IMG/VR virus record: IMGVR_UViG_3300031787_000068 | Coordinates: 1-64,000 of that record | Reading direction: 5' to 3' (one strand) | From: a virus | DNA: 64,000 nucleotides | Shown: in pieces, positions 1 through 7,930 of the stretch | Position numbering within the stretch: position 1 is the stretch's first letter | How the letters are laid out: each line of letters starts with the position of its first letter | Notes under the pieces: generated by a model | Database searches by the model: none | Told to the model about the DNA's origin: nothing | Seen by the model: the letters and a program-made list of their open reading frames with translations, nothing else | Made by a program: the position numbers and the translations under genes

Positions 1-2
1 AT

Positions 3-815
3 ATCAGAAATTACTTGAACACATTTACAGAGATCAAGAATGACGAGATTCCTAATCTAAGAGAACATGTAATGGGAGCTTTATTTACTTACCCTGCTCC
101 TGAATTTAATGATATTATACTTTCCATGCTATCTAATTCTGATAAATACAGGGAAACTGTACAGGAAATAATTGATGATGTAATCTCCCGGGTAAGAAAA
201 TTCCAGGCAGAAGAAGCTTTGCGTAAAAAACAAATCAACGGAATAGATAACGACGACAACTATAATCCACAGGAAAAAACTTCAGCCCCTGAAAATACAG
301 ATTATTCTACTTTAGATGCATCTCAATTAGGAGCTTTGCTAAAGACGATAGATTATTCTAGCCTTTCTAAAGAAGATCTAGAGAGTTTATTGGATGCTGC
401 TGTGAAATTCGAGTATTACGAAGAAGCTAGATCTATACATACCTACATAAAAGATCATCTAAAAGAATCTGAATTTGCAGACAGGGTTTGGGAAAAAATC
501 CACGAGCGTGGAGGGTATCCATCAAATCCCGATCTTTCTCGAGTTAATGAATCCGAATCTTTCAATGATCTATATAAAGGAACCTCTTTAACTATAGATG
601 TAATAGATGGAAGAACTAGGGAGAAAAAAGGAACTATAAAAACCAAAATAAATGAAATGGTTCTAGAAGGTAACTCTTATTTTCTGAAATGCTCAGGAGA
701 TGTAAATATAGTTTACGATAAAGACACGAAGGAATTTGTAGAAGGGTATAAACCCCAATACCTAGTTTATTCTGTAGATGAATCAAATTCACAAATCCTA
801 GATTTTTTAAAATAA
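3..815 (+). CDS. Hypothetical protein, 5'-truncated, with UVR (UvrB/UvrC)-like helical motif
   Basis: The frame is open from position 3, so the TTG at 15 is probably internal. LESLLDAAVKFEYYEEARSI resembles the UVR motif. Confidence 0.5.
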   Translation: MRNYLNTFTEIKNDEIPNLREHVMGALFTYPAPEFNDIILSMLSNSDKYRETVQEIIDDVISRVRKFQAEEALRKKQINGIDNDDNYNPQEKTSAPENTDYSTLDASQLGALLKTIDYSSLSKEDLESLLDAAVKFEYYEEARSIHTYIKDHLKESEFADRVWEKIHERGGYPSNPDLSRVNESESFNDLYKGTSLTIDVIDGRTREKKGTIKTKINEMVLEGNSYFLKCSGDVNIVYDKDTKEFVEGYKPQYLVYSVDESNSQILDFLK

Positions 816-839
816 TCCAAAAAAAAAGAAAAAAAGGAA

Positions 840-847
840 GATATATA
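840..847 (+). promoter_or_regulatory. Putative phage late promoter GATATATA
   Basis: The same octamer lies 5-30 nt upstream of at least 15 gene starts in the window; here it precedes ATG 878. Confidence 0.7.
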
Positions 848-877
848 AATTATAATTTTAAAAACTAAAAATAAAAT

Positions 878-2293
878 ATGAAAACAAGACCAGTATTTGA
901 AAACTTTAGTGATTTCGTTGCTAATCTTTATGAAATGGAATTGAGAAATCCCGGATCTATATCCACCTTAATGGAAGGAGAGATCTACGAAAAACTAAAA
1001 AATGGAAATAGCTTTAGTCTTCCTGATCTTTTGAAGCTTAAAGGAGGATTAGATAACGATTCTGTATTTGAAGAAGCAGTAAAAAATCTACAGGTTTCAG
1101 CTTATTCGGTTCCTGACGCAGCAAAAGAATTAAAAGAATTCTCTTCTGTTATTCGAGATTTGTCAACCGAAGAATGGATAGACCAAGAATCATTTGGTAT
1201 TTTCTCCATAGGAATAATTGATAAGATTGCGCCTTACGATTACGGGGATTCCGGAAGTGTGGAAGTTAAAGGAGCTCCTAGTCTTAAAGATTTCACCTCG
1301 ATAGAAAAAGGGGTTCAAACTATGACCTATTCCGAAATGCTAGCTTTAATAGCTGCATATAATGCTTCTATTTTCATGAAGAATTTAGAAATCCAGAAAG
1401 AAAATATAAAATCCGTAAAAACGGTAAAGAAAATTATTAAAGGGAAAGAAAAAGTCTATAATCAAATGCCTCTGGCAAATCCAAAAGATCAATTAGTTCT
1501 TACGGTAACAGAAGGAAATTCCCAAATAGTAGTAACTCCTCTTGGAGAGTTAAATCCCTCTTCTATAGTTACTCTAGGTACCCCTACCGGCTATGGAGCT
1601 GGATCTGTTTCCGATGCGTTTTTTACCCAATTTAAATACATATTTCCTATAATTAAGAAAGATGCTAATAGTAAGGAGCCTCTAAGTATAGAATCCAGAC
1701 AAAAGTTGGTTTCTCCGGATAAAACTAAGAATTATATGGGAGTAAAAGAATATCCGTTAAAAATTAAAGAGGACGGAAAAACCACATTTTATGTAACTAA
1801 TAAAGCAGAATTAACTGAAGCTGGTAAAGCTGCAGCAGCTTCTCTTTCGAGGATGTTTCTTAAAATAAATACAATCGTAGTAGACGGAAGTGCTGATAAA
1901 AGAGATGCCGGTTCTCCTTGGAAAGACAATCAAGAATTGGCAGGAGCAAGAAGAGATGAGATGGTAAAATATTTACAAGAATTAGCCAAAGATTCTAATT
2001 CTTCTCTTTCGGGAGCTTCTATTGAGCCAGGAGAAATAAAAGTACAGCCAAAAGAAGGAGAGGGATCGGAGGACGATAAAATGGCAGATTGGAGATCGGT
2101 TTCATTAAAAGTAACAGGTGAAATCTACGACGAAACTAAAAAATCTTTAGATGAACAAAAAACCGAATCCAAAGTTGTAACTTACACCGAGAAAAAAATG
2201 GCAAGACAATATACATTCGATAATTGTTTAATAGCCTATAGATACGATTATCCAGAATTATCAAGTGATAAAAAACAATTCGAAGATAAATAA
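878..2293 (+). CDS. OmpA-C-like (peptidoglycan-binding) domain protein, putative virion/head cargo, cassette 1
   Basis: C-terminal FYVTNKAELT...IVVDGSAD...NQELAGARRDEMVKYL...WRSVSLKV matches the OmpA_C pattern. No signal peptide. N-terminal MKTRPVFENFSDFV tag. Confidence 0.7.
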   Translation: MKTRPVFENFSDFVANLYEMELRNPGSISTLMEGEIYEKLKNGNSFSLPDLLKLKGGLDNDSVFEEAVKNLQVSAYSVPDAAKELKEFSSVIRDLSTEEWIDQESFGIFSIGIIDKIAPYDYGDSGSVEVKGAPSLKDFTSIEKGVQTMTYSEMLALIAAYNASIFMKNLEIQKENIKSVKTVKKIIKGKEKVYNQMPLANPKDQLVLTVTEGNSQIVVTPLGELNPSSIVTLGTPTGYGAGSVSDAFFTQFKYIFPIIKKDANSKEPLSIESRQKLVSPDKTKNYMGVKEYPLKIKEDGKTTFYVTNKAELTEAGKAAAASLSRMFLKINTIVVDGSADKRDAGSPWKDNQELAGARRDEMVKYLQELAKDSNSSLSGASIEPGEIKVQPKEGEGSEDDKMADWRSVSLKVTGEIYDETKKSLDEQKTESKVVTYTEKKMARQYTFDNCLIAYRYDYPELSSDKKQFEDK

Positions 2294-2310
2294 ATAATTC
2301 TAAAAAAATA

Positions 2311-2346
2311 AAAAAACCCTTAGATTCTTGAGTCTAAGGGTTTTTT
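2311..2346. terminator. Bidirectional intrinsic terminator
   Basis: aaaaaaCCCTTAGAT-tcttga-GTCTAAGGGtttttt hairpin with A/T tracts on both sides, between convergent genes. Confidence 0.85.
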
Positions 2347-2361
2347 ATTATATTTAAAAAT

Positions 2362-2826
2362 CTATTCGGAAACAAAAATTATTACTTTTAAATTCTCCCC
2401 TTCGATTTTGGTTCTTACATCAAATTCTTTAAAATCCTCGTTTTTAACCCCGTAATACCCGTGTTCTTTTAATAAATCCTTAAGAATAACAACGGATTCT
2501 CTTGCTACCTGATCGTCTGAAAAATAGTCCTTAGGGAAAATTATAGATGTAATTTCTGTTGGAAAATTCGAAGTCTCTTTTATTTGGGAAAGAGAAGGGT
2601 GACCGTTAGCATTTAAATAAGAATTAACTGTTTTCTCAAATTTTCCCGTTTTCTGGATATTTGGAAAATCGACAAGCAACAGAGATTTTGCTTTTTCTTC
2701 TATCTGGGATAAGCTATTTCTACTGTCGTATTCGATTATAAAATCAGAAGATTGGGATTCTTGAGAAAATAATTTTCCTCCGATTAACGATCCAGCTAAA
2801 AAGATGGATAAAACTAATTTTTTCAT
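2362..2826 (-). CDS. Secreted/periplasmic protein with signal peptide, cassette 1 partner
   Basis: MKKLVLSIFLAGSLIGGKLFSQ is a typical Sec signal peptide. Paralogue of 4343..4807 (both 154 aa; shared SNFP and GY motifs). Confidence 0.75.
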   Translation of the reverse strand: MKKLVLSIFLAGSLIGGKLFSQESQSSDFIIEYDSRNSLSQIEEKAKSLLLVDFPNIQKTGKFEKTVNSYLNANGHPSLSQIKETSNFPTEITSIIFPKDYFSDDQVARESVVILKDLLKEHGYYGVKNEDFKEFDVRTKIEGENLKVIIFVSE

Positions 2827-2897
2827 GGCTCTTAAATTAAATTAATAAATTATTTATAGATCAAATATAGGGATTTTCTTGTAGAAAAAAAATAAAA
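2819..2897. repeat. 79-bp perfect direct repeat, copy 1 (start codon, leader and promoter of partner gene)
   Basis: Identical to 4800..4878 by manual alignment. Confidence 0.95.
2862..2869 (-). promoter_or_regulatory. Bacteroidota housekeeping-sigma -7 element (TATATTTG = TAnnTTTG)
   Basis: Exact TAnnTTTG match about 35 nt upstream of ATG 2826. The -33 TTTG is not a perfect match. Confidence 0.6.
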
Positions 2898-2920
2898 TAT
2901 AAAAAAATAAAAGAAAGAAA

Positions 2921-2928
2921 GATATATA
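2921..2928 (+). promoter_or_regulatory. Putative late promoter GATATATA
   Basis: Upstream of ATG 2955. Confidence 0.7.
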
Positions 2929-2954
2929 ATTTAATTAATAATTTAAAATAAAAT

Positions 2955-4286
2955 ATGAAAACAAGACCGGTATTTGAAAGCTTTGGTGCTTTCGTAGATT
3001 TTTTAAACAATTCTGTTAATGAATCTGAGGTAAAAACTTACAAAGACCTCATAAGCAATCTCAATAATTTTTTAGATGCGGATGCAATTCAAGGATTTCA
3101 ATCGGCAAGAAAAGCTTTCGATAAAGCCCCAACATTCCAAAAACATCTTAAGAATTCCTTGGATATTCTAAGCGACAATTTAACTTATTTCGATGACGGT
3201 ATAGACTCTAGCATGGATGATAACCGATCCCCAGACTTAATGCAGATTTCGGAAAAGACTACCACAGAGATAAAGAAACATGTTTATGCACCTCTAATTA
3301 ATGGTAAGGTTAAGGTTGCCAACATTAATGGTAGTATTGCAAATTGCAATGCTGCGAATGAAATCTACGATAAAGAATGGATAGATATCAATGACCTTCT
3401 TACGAAAATGAATCTCGCTAATATTTACGAGGCAGACAATAAACCGTCTTCAAAAGAAGATAAAAGTGAAAAATGGGTTACTGTGGAAAAATCCAATAAA
3501 GTTGCTCAAAGCGGATCGGTAGGTATGCAGTATATTTCTTCTGTAGCTGCGGGAATTACGGTAGGAATGATGGAAAACGGTTTCGGAGATAAGATATTGC
3601 CTTCTTTTAGTTTTCCTTCGCTTAGTGCTGAAGATTCATCCAAAAATCCGGTAAAAAGGACCCTTATCCTATACGGAATAGGAGAAATAGGTTATGGCGC
3701 AGGAGGTACAATCGAAGATTATTTCATTAAAAAAGACTTCATAAAAGAAGTAATTCCAGGAGAAGTTACAGAATATGAGGCTAAAGTAGACGGAAGTGAT
3801 GGAATGTTCGATCAAAACGGAACCGTAATTAACCCTAAACAAAAAGATGCAATGGATAAAATGCTAACCGCAGCACTTGCTCCTTTGGCTGCCTCTCCCG
3901 AATCAATAACAATAGTAGGAGGAGCTTCTTATGAATCTAGCGGAGACAAAAAAGGACCGGATAGCGAGATTAATAAAAAATTGGTTGTGTCTAGAGCAAA
4001 TGCGGTTAAAAAGCATTTGGAAACACTTTATCCTGAGTTGGTGGGAAAAGTTAAGGTTGACGATAAAGACTTTAGTAAAATACAAAAAACAGACGATGCA
4101 AAGGAATACCCTAACTTTAGAAAAGTTTATTTAAAAGTAAGAGGAGTACTTCAAGGAGATAGTAAGGAGATAACAAGACCTATTGATCTTGTGGTAAATC
4201 AACCTATATTAGCAGATTCAGTGGAAATTATACAATATGCTATTTCTATTGAGTATTCTCTTCCCAAATTCAAAAAGCCCAAATAA
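2955..4286 (+). CDS. OmpA-C-like domain protein, putative virion/head cargo, cassette 2
   Basis: MFDQNGTVI...ITIVGGAS...NKKLVVSRANAVKKHL...NFRKVYLKV. The N-terminus MKTRPVFESFGAFV is nearly identical to that of 878..2293. Confidence 0.7.
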   Translation: MKTRPVFESFGAFVDFLNNSVNESEVKTYKDLISNLNNFLDADAIQGFQSARKAFDKAPTFQKHLKNSLDILSDNLTYFDDGIDSSMDDNRSPDLMQISEKTTTEIKKHVYAPLINGKVKVANINGSIANCNAANEIYDKEWIDINDLLTKMNLANIYEADNKPSSKEDKSEKWVTVEKSNKVAQSGSVGMQYISSVAAGITVGMMENGFGDKILPSFSFPSLSAEDSSKNPVKRTLILYGIGEIGYGAGGTIEDYFIKKDFIKEVIPGEVTEYEAKVDGSDGMFDQNGTVINPKQKDAMDKMLTAALAPLAASPESITIVGGASYESSGDKKGPDSEINKKLVVSRANAVKKHLETLYPELVGKVKVDDKDFSKIQKTDDAKEYPNFRKVYLKVRGVLQGDSKEITRPIDLVVNQPILADSVEIIQYAISIEYSLPKFKKPK

Positions 4287-4304
4287 AAATAAAAAATAAA
4301 AAAT

Positions 4305-4335
4305 AAAAAACTCCGAAATTAATTTCGGAGTTTTT
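4305..4335. terminator. Bidirectional intrinsic terminator
   Basis: aaaaaaCTCCGAAAT-ta-ATTTCGGAGttttt between convergent genes. Confidence 0.85.
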
Positions 4336-4342
4336 GTTTTAA

Positions 4343-4807
4343 TTAATTATAGGATTTTTTATCCGATGGGTATATGTAGGTCTCATCTAAAGCTACTACT
4401 AAGAATAATTTTCCATCTCTCTCTACGAATTTTGTAAAGTGACGGTCCGGGGTAATAGGGTATCCGGAAGACTTAATCCAATCTATTCTATTTTGAACTA
4501 TTTCTGTGATCATATCTACGGTAGGATCGTTATTAAAAGTAATTATCAAGTAGGTGTCCGGAAAATTTGAAGTAAATTTAGATTTTTCTCCTGTCATTTT
4601 TTGATTAATATAGTCATCAATTCTACTCTCGAATACCTTATATTCTTCTGATCCCGGATAATTTTTTAGGATAACATTCTCTATTCCTTCGATGATAGAA
4701 ATTCTTTTGGAATCCTCTATAGGGTATTTAATAGAATCATTAACTGATCCAAAAGATTTACCAATAGAAATCCCAACTAAACTTAAAACTAAAACTAACT
4801 TTTTCAT
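4343..4807 (-). CDS. Secreted/periplasmic protein with signal peptide, cassette 2 partner
   Basis: MKKLVLVLSLVGISIGKSFG signal peptide; paralogue of 2362..2826. Confidence 0.75.
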   Translation of the reverse strand: MKKLVLVLSLVGISIGKSFGSVNDSIKYPIEDSKRISIIEGIENVILKNYPGSEEYKVFESRIDDYINQKMTGEKSKFTSNFPDTYLIITFNNDPTVDMITEIVQNRIDWIKSSGYPITPDRHFTKFVERDGKLFLVVALDETYIYPSDKKSYN

Positions 4808-4878
4808 GGCTCTTAAATTAAATTAATAAATTATTTATAGATCAAATATAGGGATTTTCTTGTAGAAAAAAAATAAAA
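4800..4878. repeat. 79-bp perfect direct repeat, copy 2 (contains TATATTTG on the minus strand at 4843..4850)
   Basis: Identical to 2819..2897, offset 1981 bp. Confidence 0.95.
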
Positions 4879-4886
4879 AGTAAAAA

Positions 4887-4913
4887 GAAACTAAAAAAAA
4901 TAAAATTATATAA
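4887..4913 (+). promoter_or_regulatory. Putative middle promoter GAAAC-N17-TATAA
   Basis: A similar bipartite motif lies upstream of three other non-structural genes. Confidence 0.35.
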
Positions 4914-4919
4914 GAATTA

Positions 4920-6374
4920 ATGTCTAAAGTAAAAAAGAAAGAGTACGTTCCTAAAGTTGATACATCAACACTAAATGAAGATCAAAAGAAGGCTTTTGAT
5001 TCCCTTGTTGATTTTATAAGGGACCTAAATGACGATTCCATATACGTTCTTAAAGGGTGGGCCGGAACTGGAAAAACGTATACGATAAGTCTTCTTGTTA
5101 GATACGTTTTAGACGTCATACAGCCGACTCGTCTGTGGTACAAAGTTGGTGTTACCGGTCCAACTAATAAATCAGTACGCGTAATAAGAAAAGCAACTGG
5201 CATATCCAGCTCAAGGGTTCAGTTCCAAACTGTTCATAAAATATTAGGACTTTCAGAAAAGATCACTTCGGACGGACAACAGATATTTGTTAATGATGGA
5301 GATTTTAAACCCCAGATAAGAACTCTAAAGCTTCTTATTGTTGATGAGGTATCTATGCTTAATGATGATCTTTTTGAGGAACTTCTTAAATATAGGGATA
5401 AGACTAAGATCATTTTTATGGGAGATCCGGCTCAGATACCTCCAGTAGGAAGACCGGATTGTATTCCATTTAGGGATGAACTTCTAGATGGTTATAGGAT
5501 AAAAACCCTAAATCTCAGACAGATAATGAGACAGAAAGAGGGAAATCCTATAATAGAATCTTCAGTAAAAATAAGAAAGAATATTACAAATCCGGATTCA
5601 GGAATTTCTTCTAGTAATAAACTAAATCAGATTGGAGAAGGAATCGAATTCATAAATCTTAATTCCCCAGAATCCAGATCTTCTTTTAGAGCTATATTAG
5701 AAAAGTATTATAAAACAGATACCTTTTCTAAAGATTCCGAGTATTGCAAAGTTATAGGATGGAGAAATAAGACAATATCCTCTATGAACGATTTAGTTCG
5801 AAAAGTTATATACGGAGACGAAGCTCTTTCCTCTAAGATACTAATAGGAGAAAAACTTATAGCAAATTCTCCTATTTTAGAAAAGGACACAATAATATTT
5901 AATACAAATGATGAATTTTCGGTGGAATCTTTTGAAGTAGAATCTGAAGATTTAAGGTTTAAAGTATCAGATCATCCCGATGATGATCCTTATCCTATAA
6001 CATTAAAGCACTATGAAGCTTTAGTCTCCTATTTGGACGAAGATGACGATTTGGTAAAGAGAACTATTAGAATCCTACATGAAGACAGTGAAGGGGAATT
6101 TAAAAAACTTGCAAATATACTTAAATTAAGAGCTATAAATAAGAAGGGAAAGGATAAGAGTTGGATAGTCTATTATAATTTTTTAAGAAGATACGCAGAT
6201 GTTATGTACGGTTATTCAATAACTGCACACAAGGCGCAAGGAAGTACTTACGACACGGTATTTCTTTTAGAAGATGATATAGATGTTAATTGGAATATTG
6301 TAGAAAGAAATCGTATAAAATACACAGCTTATACGAGATCTAGTCGAAAACTCTATGTGATTAAAAGATTTTAA
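4920..6374 (+). CDS. dda: Dda/RecD-like SF1B DNA helicase
   Basis: Walker A GWAGTGKT, GPTNKS, TVHKIL, Walker B IVDEVSM, GDPAQIPPV, YSITAHKAQGSTY, YTAYTR. Confidence 0.9.
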   Translation: MSKVKKKEYVPKVDTSTLNEDQKKAFDSLVDFIRDLNDDSIYVLKGWAGTGKTYTISLLVRYVLDVIQPTRLWYKVGVTGPTNKSVRVIRKATGISSSRVQFQTVHKILGLSEKITSDGQQIFVNDGDFKPQIRTLKLLIVDEVSMLNDDLFEELLKYRDKTKIIFMGDPAQIPPVGRPDCIPFRDELLDGYRIKTLNLRQIMRQKEGNPIIESSVKIRKNITNPDSGISSSNKLNQIGEGIEFINLNSPESRSSFRAILEKYYKTDTFSKDSEYCKVIGWRNKTISSMNDLVRKVIYGDEALSSKILIGEKLIANSPILEKDTIIFNTNDEFSVESFEVESEDLRFKVSDHPDDDPYPITLKHYEALVSYLDEDDDLVKRTIRILHEDSEGEFKKLANILKLRAINKKGKDKSWIVYYNFLRRYADVMYGYSITAHKAQGSTYDTVFLLEDDIDVNWNIVERNRIKYTAYTRSSRKLYVIKRF

Positions 6375-6383
6375 TCAAAAAGA

Positions 6384-6391
6384 GATATATA
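6384..6391 (+). promoter_or_regulatory. Putative late promoter GATATATA
   Basis: Upstream of holin ATG 6421. Confidence 0.7.
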
Positions 6392-6420
6392 GAATGTATT
6401 AACCATAAAAAATAAATGAT

Positions 6421-6585
6421 ATGACAAGAGAACAAATTTTAGGAATTGCTAGACACGCACTAACGTTCATCGGGGGTATTCTAGTAACTAAAGGTCTTTT
6501 TGACGAATCTACTTGGGCAGAACTTTCTGGATCTGCTATCACTTTAGCTGGTCTTATTTGGTCGGTAATCGATAAAAAGAAGTAA
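6421..6585 (+). CDS. Small two-TM putative holin (Pam3-gp28-like); not in the ORF track
   Basis: Manual translation: MTREQILGIARHALTFIGGILVTKGLFDESTWAELSGSAITLAGLIWSVIDKKK (54 aa), with two hydrophobic helices and a basic tail. It has its own promoter and terminator. Confidence 0.75.
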   Translation: MTREQILGIARHALTFIGGILVTKGLFDESTWAELSGSAITLAGLIWSVIDKKK

Positions 6586-6592
6586 TTTTTAC

Positions 6593-6623
6593 AATCCCCC
6601 GTACAATCATTCGGGGGATTTTT
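6593..6623 (+). terminator. Intrinsic terminator
   Basis: AATCCCCCG-tacaatcatt-CGGGGGATTttt. Confidence 0.75.
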
Positions 6624-6638
6624 GTGATATATAGAAAT

Positions 6639-7286
6639 ATGATTTATTCTTTTTCTTTATTCGAATCTATTAAAAACGGATCAAATCCTCTGGATAAGGC
6701 AAGTCCAGATTTTGTTCCGCATGAAGAGTTTCATAAATATTCATGGGTAAAGCCTGAAGAATCTGAATGGTACTATTCGATAAAAAGATTGTCTCCTTTA
6801 GAAATTCCAAAATCTAGAAAATTTTACGACACTTTAGACGGACCTCTAAAAGAAGGGGTTCAGATTCTTCACAGAAAGGGAATACCAACAACACCTTCTT
6901 GTTCTGGACATTTTAACCCGGACTCTTTTTACAATAAAATATATAAATCTCTTTGTTCCGAAGAAAATCAAATAAGAGAAAAAGGAATATCTTTAAAGGA
7001 CCCGGAAACAAATAAATCCCACATTTATAAAGACCCTAATTATAGAATACCTTGGGACCAAAAATCTTTTCTTGAAATATCAAGGGAACACGGAAAAAAA
7101 GGGATAATTGGAATCGTAGATCCTTCCGGAGAAATACAAAGGTGTTTAATGGAATCCCCTGAAAGAGATTGCCAAATAACCAGGAATGGAAATCTGACTT
7201 TCTTTATAACCTCTCCGAAAGATAGAAAATCTTTAAATTCTTCTTGGGAATATTTTAATGATTCCATCAAAAATTTTTTAAGATAG
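6639..7286 (+). CDS. Hypothetical protein with TYW3-like TTxSCSGH motif
   Basis: LDGPLKEGVQILHRKGIPTTPSCSGH. ATG 6639 is preferred because GTG 6624 overlaps the GATATATA box at 6626..6633. Confidence 0.45.
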   Translation: MIYSFSLFESIKNGSNPLDKASPDFVPHEEFHKYSWVKPEESEWYYSIKRLSPLEIPKSRKFYDTLDGPLKEGVQILHRKGIPTTPSCSGHFNPDSFYNKIYKSLCSEENQIREKGISLKDPETNKSHIYKDPNYRIPWDQKSFLEISREHGKKGIIGIVDPSGEIQRCLMESPERDCQITRNGNLTFFITSPKDRKSLNSSWEYFNDSIKNFLR

Positions 7287-7294
7287 GATATATA
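7287..7294 (+). promoter_or_regulatory. Putative late promoter GATATATA
   Basis: Upstream of ATG 7321. Confidence 0.7.
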
Positions 7295-7320
7295 AAATGG
7301 AATTTAAAATTTAAAAAATT

Positions 7321-7929
7321 ATGTCATATACTAGAGAACAAATTGAAACTGCTGTAAAATCTAAAGGGTATAAATGGTTTGAAGATACTTCTAATAAAAC
7401 TTATGACGTTAATATCGTAGGAATTAGAAATACTTCTCCTTCTGTCTATAGAAAAGTAACTAATGTATTTGATGATCATTTAACTATATCATTTAAAGAC
7501 GAAAAAGGAGATTGGCAATTTTTTTGCTGGATGGCTACCTGCGATCCTGGAAAAAAAGGGGTTCAGCAATTTCACAATAGAAACGGAGTAGCCAGGTTAG
7601 TACCAGGACAGTACAGAGGGGTTTGGAAAGTGGATAAACACCAGGGGAAATATGATGCTCTTTGTCAAAGAAACGGAAATGTTACTGTATGGAGAGATGC
7701 CAATAGAGATTTAGTTTTTGAAGAAAATGTTACCGATACTGGAATGTTTGGTATTAACATACATAAAGCAGGTCAAGACTCTACATGGGTAGAAAATTGG
7801 TCAGAAGGTTGTCAGGTATTTAAGAGAGTAAAAGATTTCGATTCTTTTATGGCTATATGTAAAAAAGCTTCAAAAATTCACGGAAACAAATTTAGCTATA
7901 CTCTTCTAGAATCTACAGACATAAAATAG
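7321..7929 (+). CDS. YkuD/L,D-transpeptidase-like cysteine peptidase, candidate endolysin
   Basis: GINIHKAG...NWSEGCQV fits the HxX14-17(S/T)xGC catalytic motif. Late promoter, near the holin. Confidence 0.6.
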   Translation: MSYTREQIETAVKSKGYKWFEDTSNKTYDVNIVGIRNTSPSVYRKVTNVFDDHLTISFKDEKGDWQFFCWMATCDPGKKGVQQFHNRNGVARLVPGQYRGVWKVDKHQGKYDALCQRNGNVTVWRDANRDLVFEENVTDTGMFGINIHKAGQDSTWVENWSEGCQVFKRVKDFDSFMAICKKASKIHGNKFSYTLLESTDIK

Positions 7930-7930
7930 T

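Noticed and set aside
15-60. MNTFTEIK as another capsid-targeting tag
   Set aside because: The M is a TTG inside a frame already open from the window edge, so it is probably not the real N-terminus.
2851-2858. T4-type late promoter TATAAATA on the minus strand within the 79-bp repeat
   Set aside because: This phage's late box appears to be GATATATA, and the adjacent TAnnTTTG explains the promoter better. It is not fully excluded, and if functional it would weaken the early-expression inference for the partner genes.
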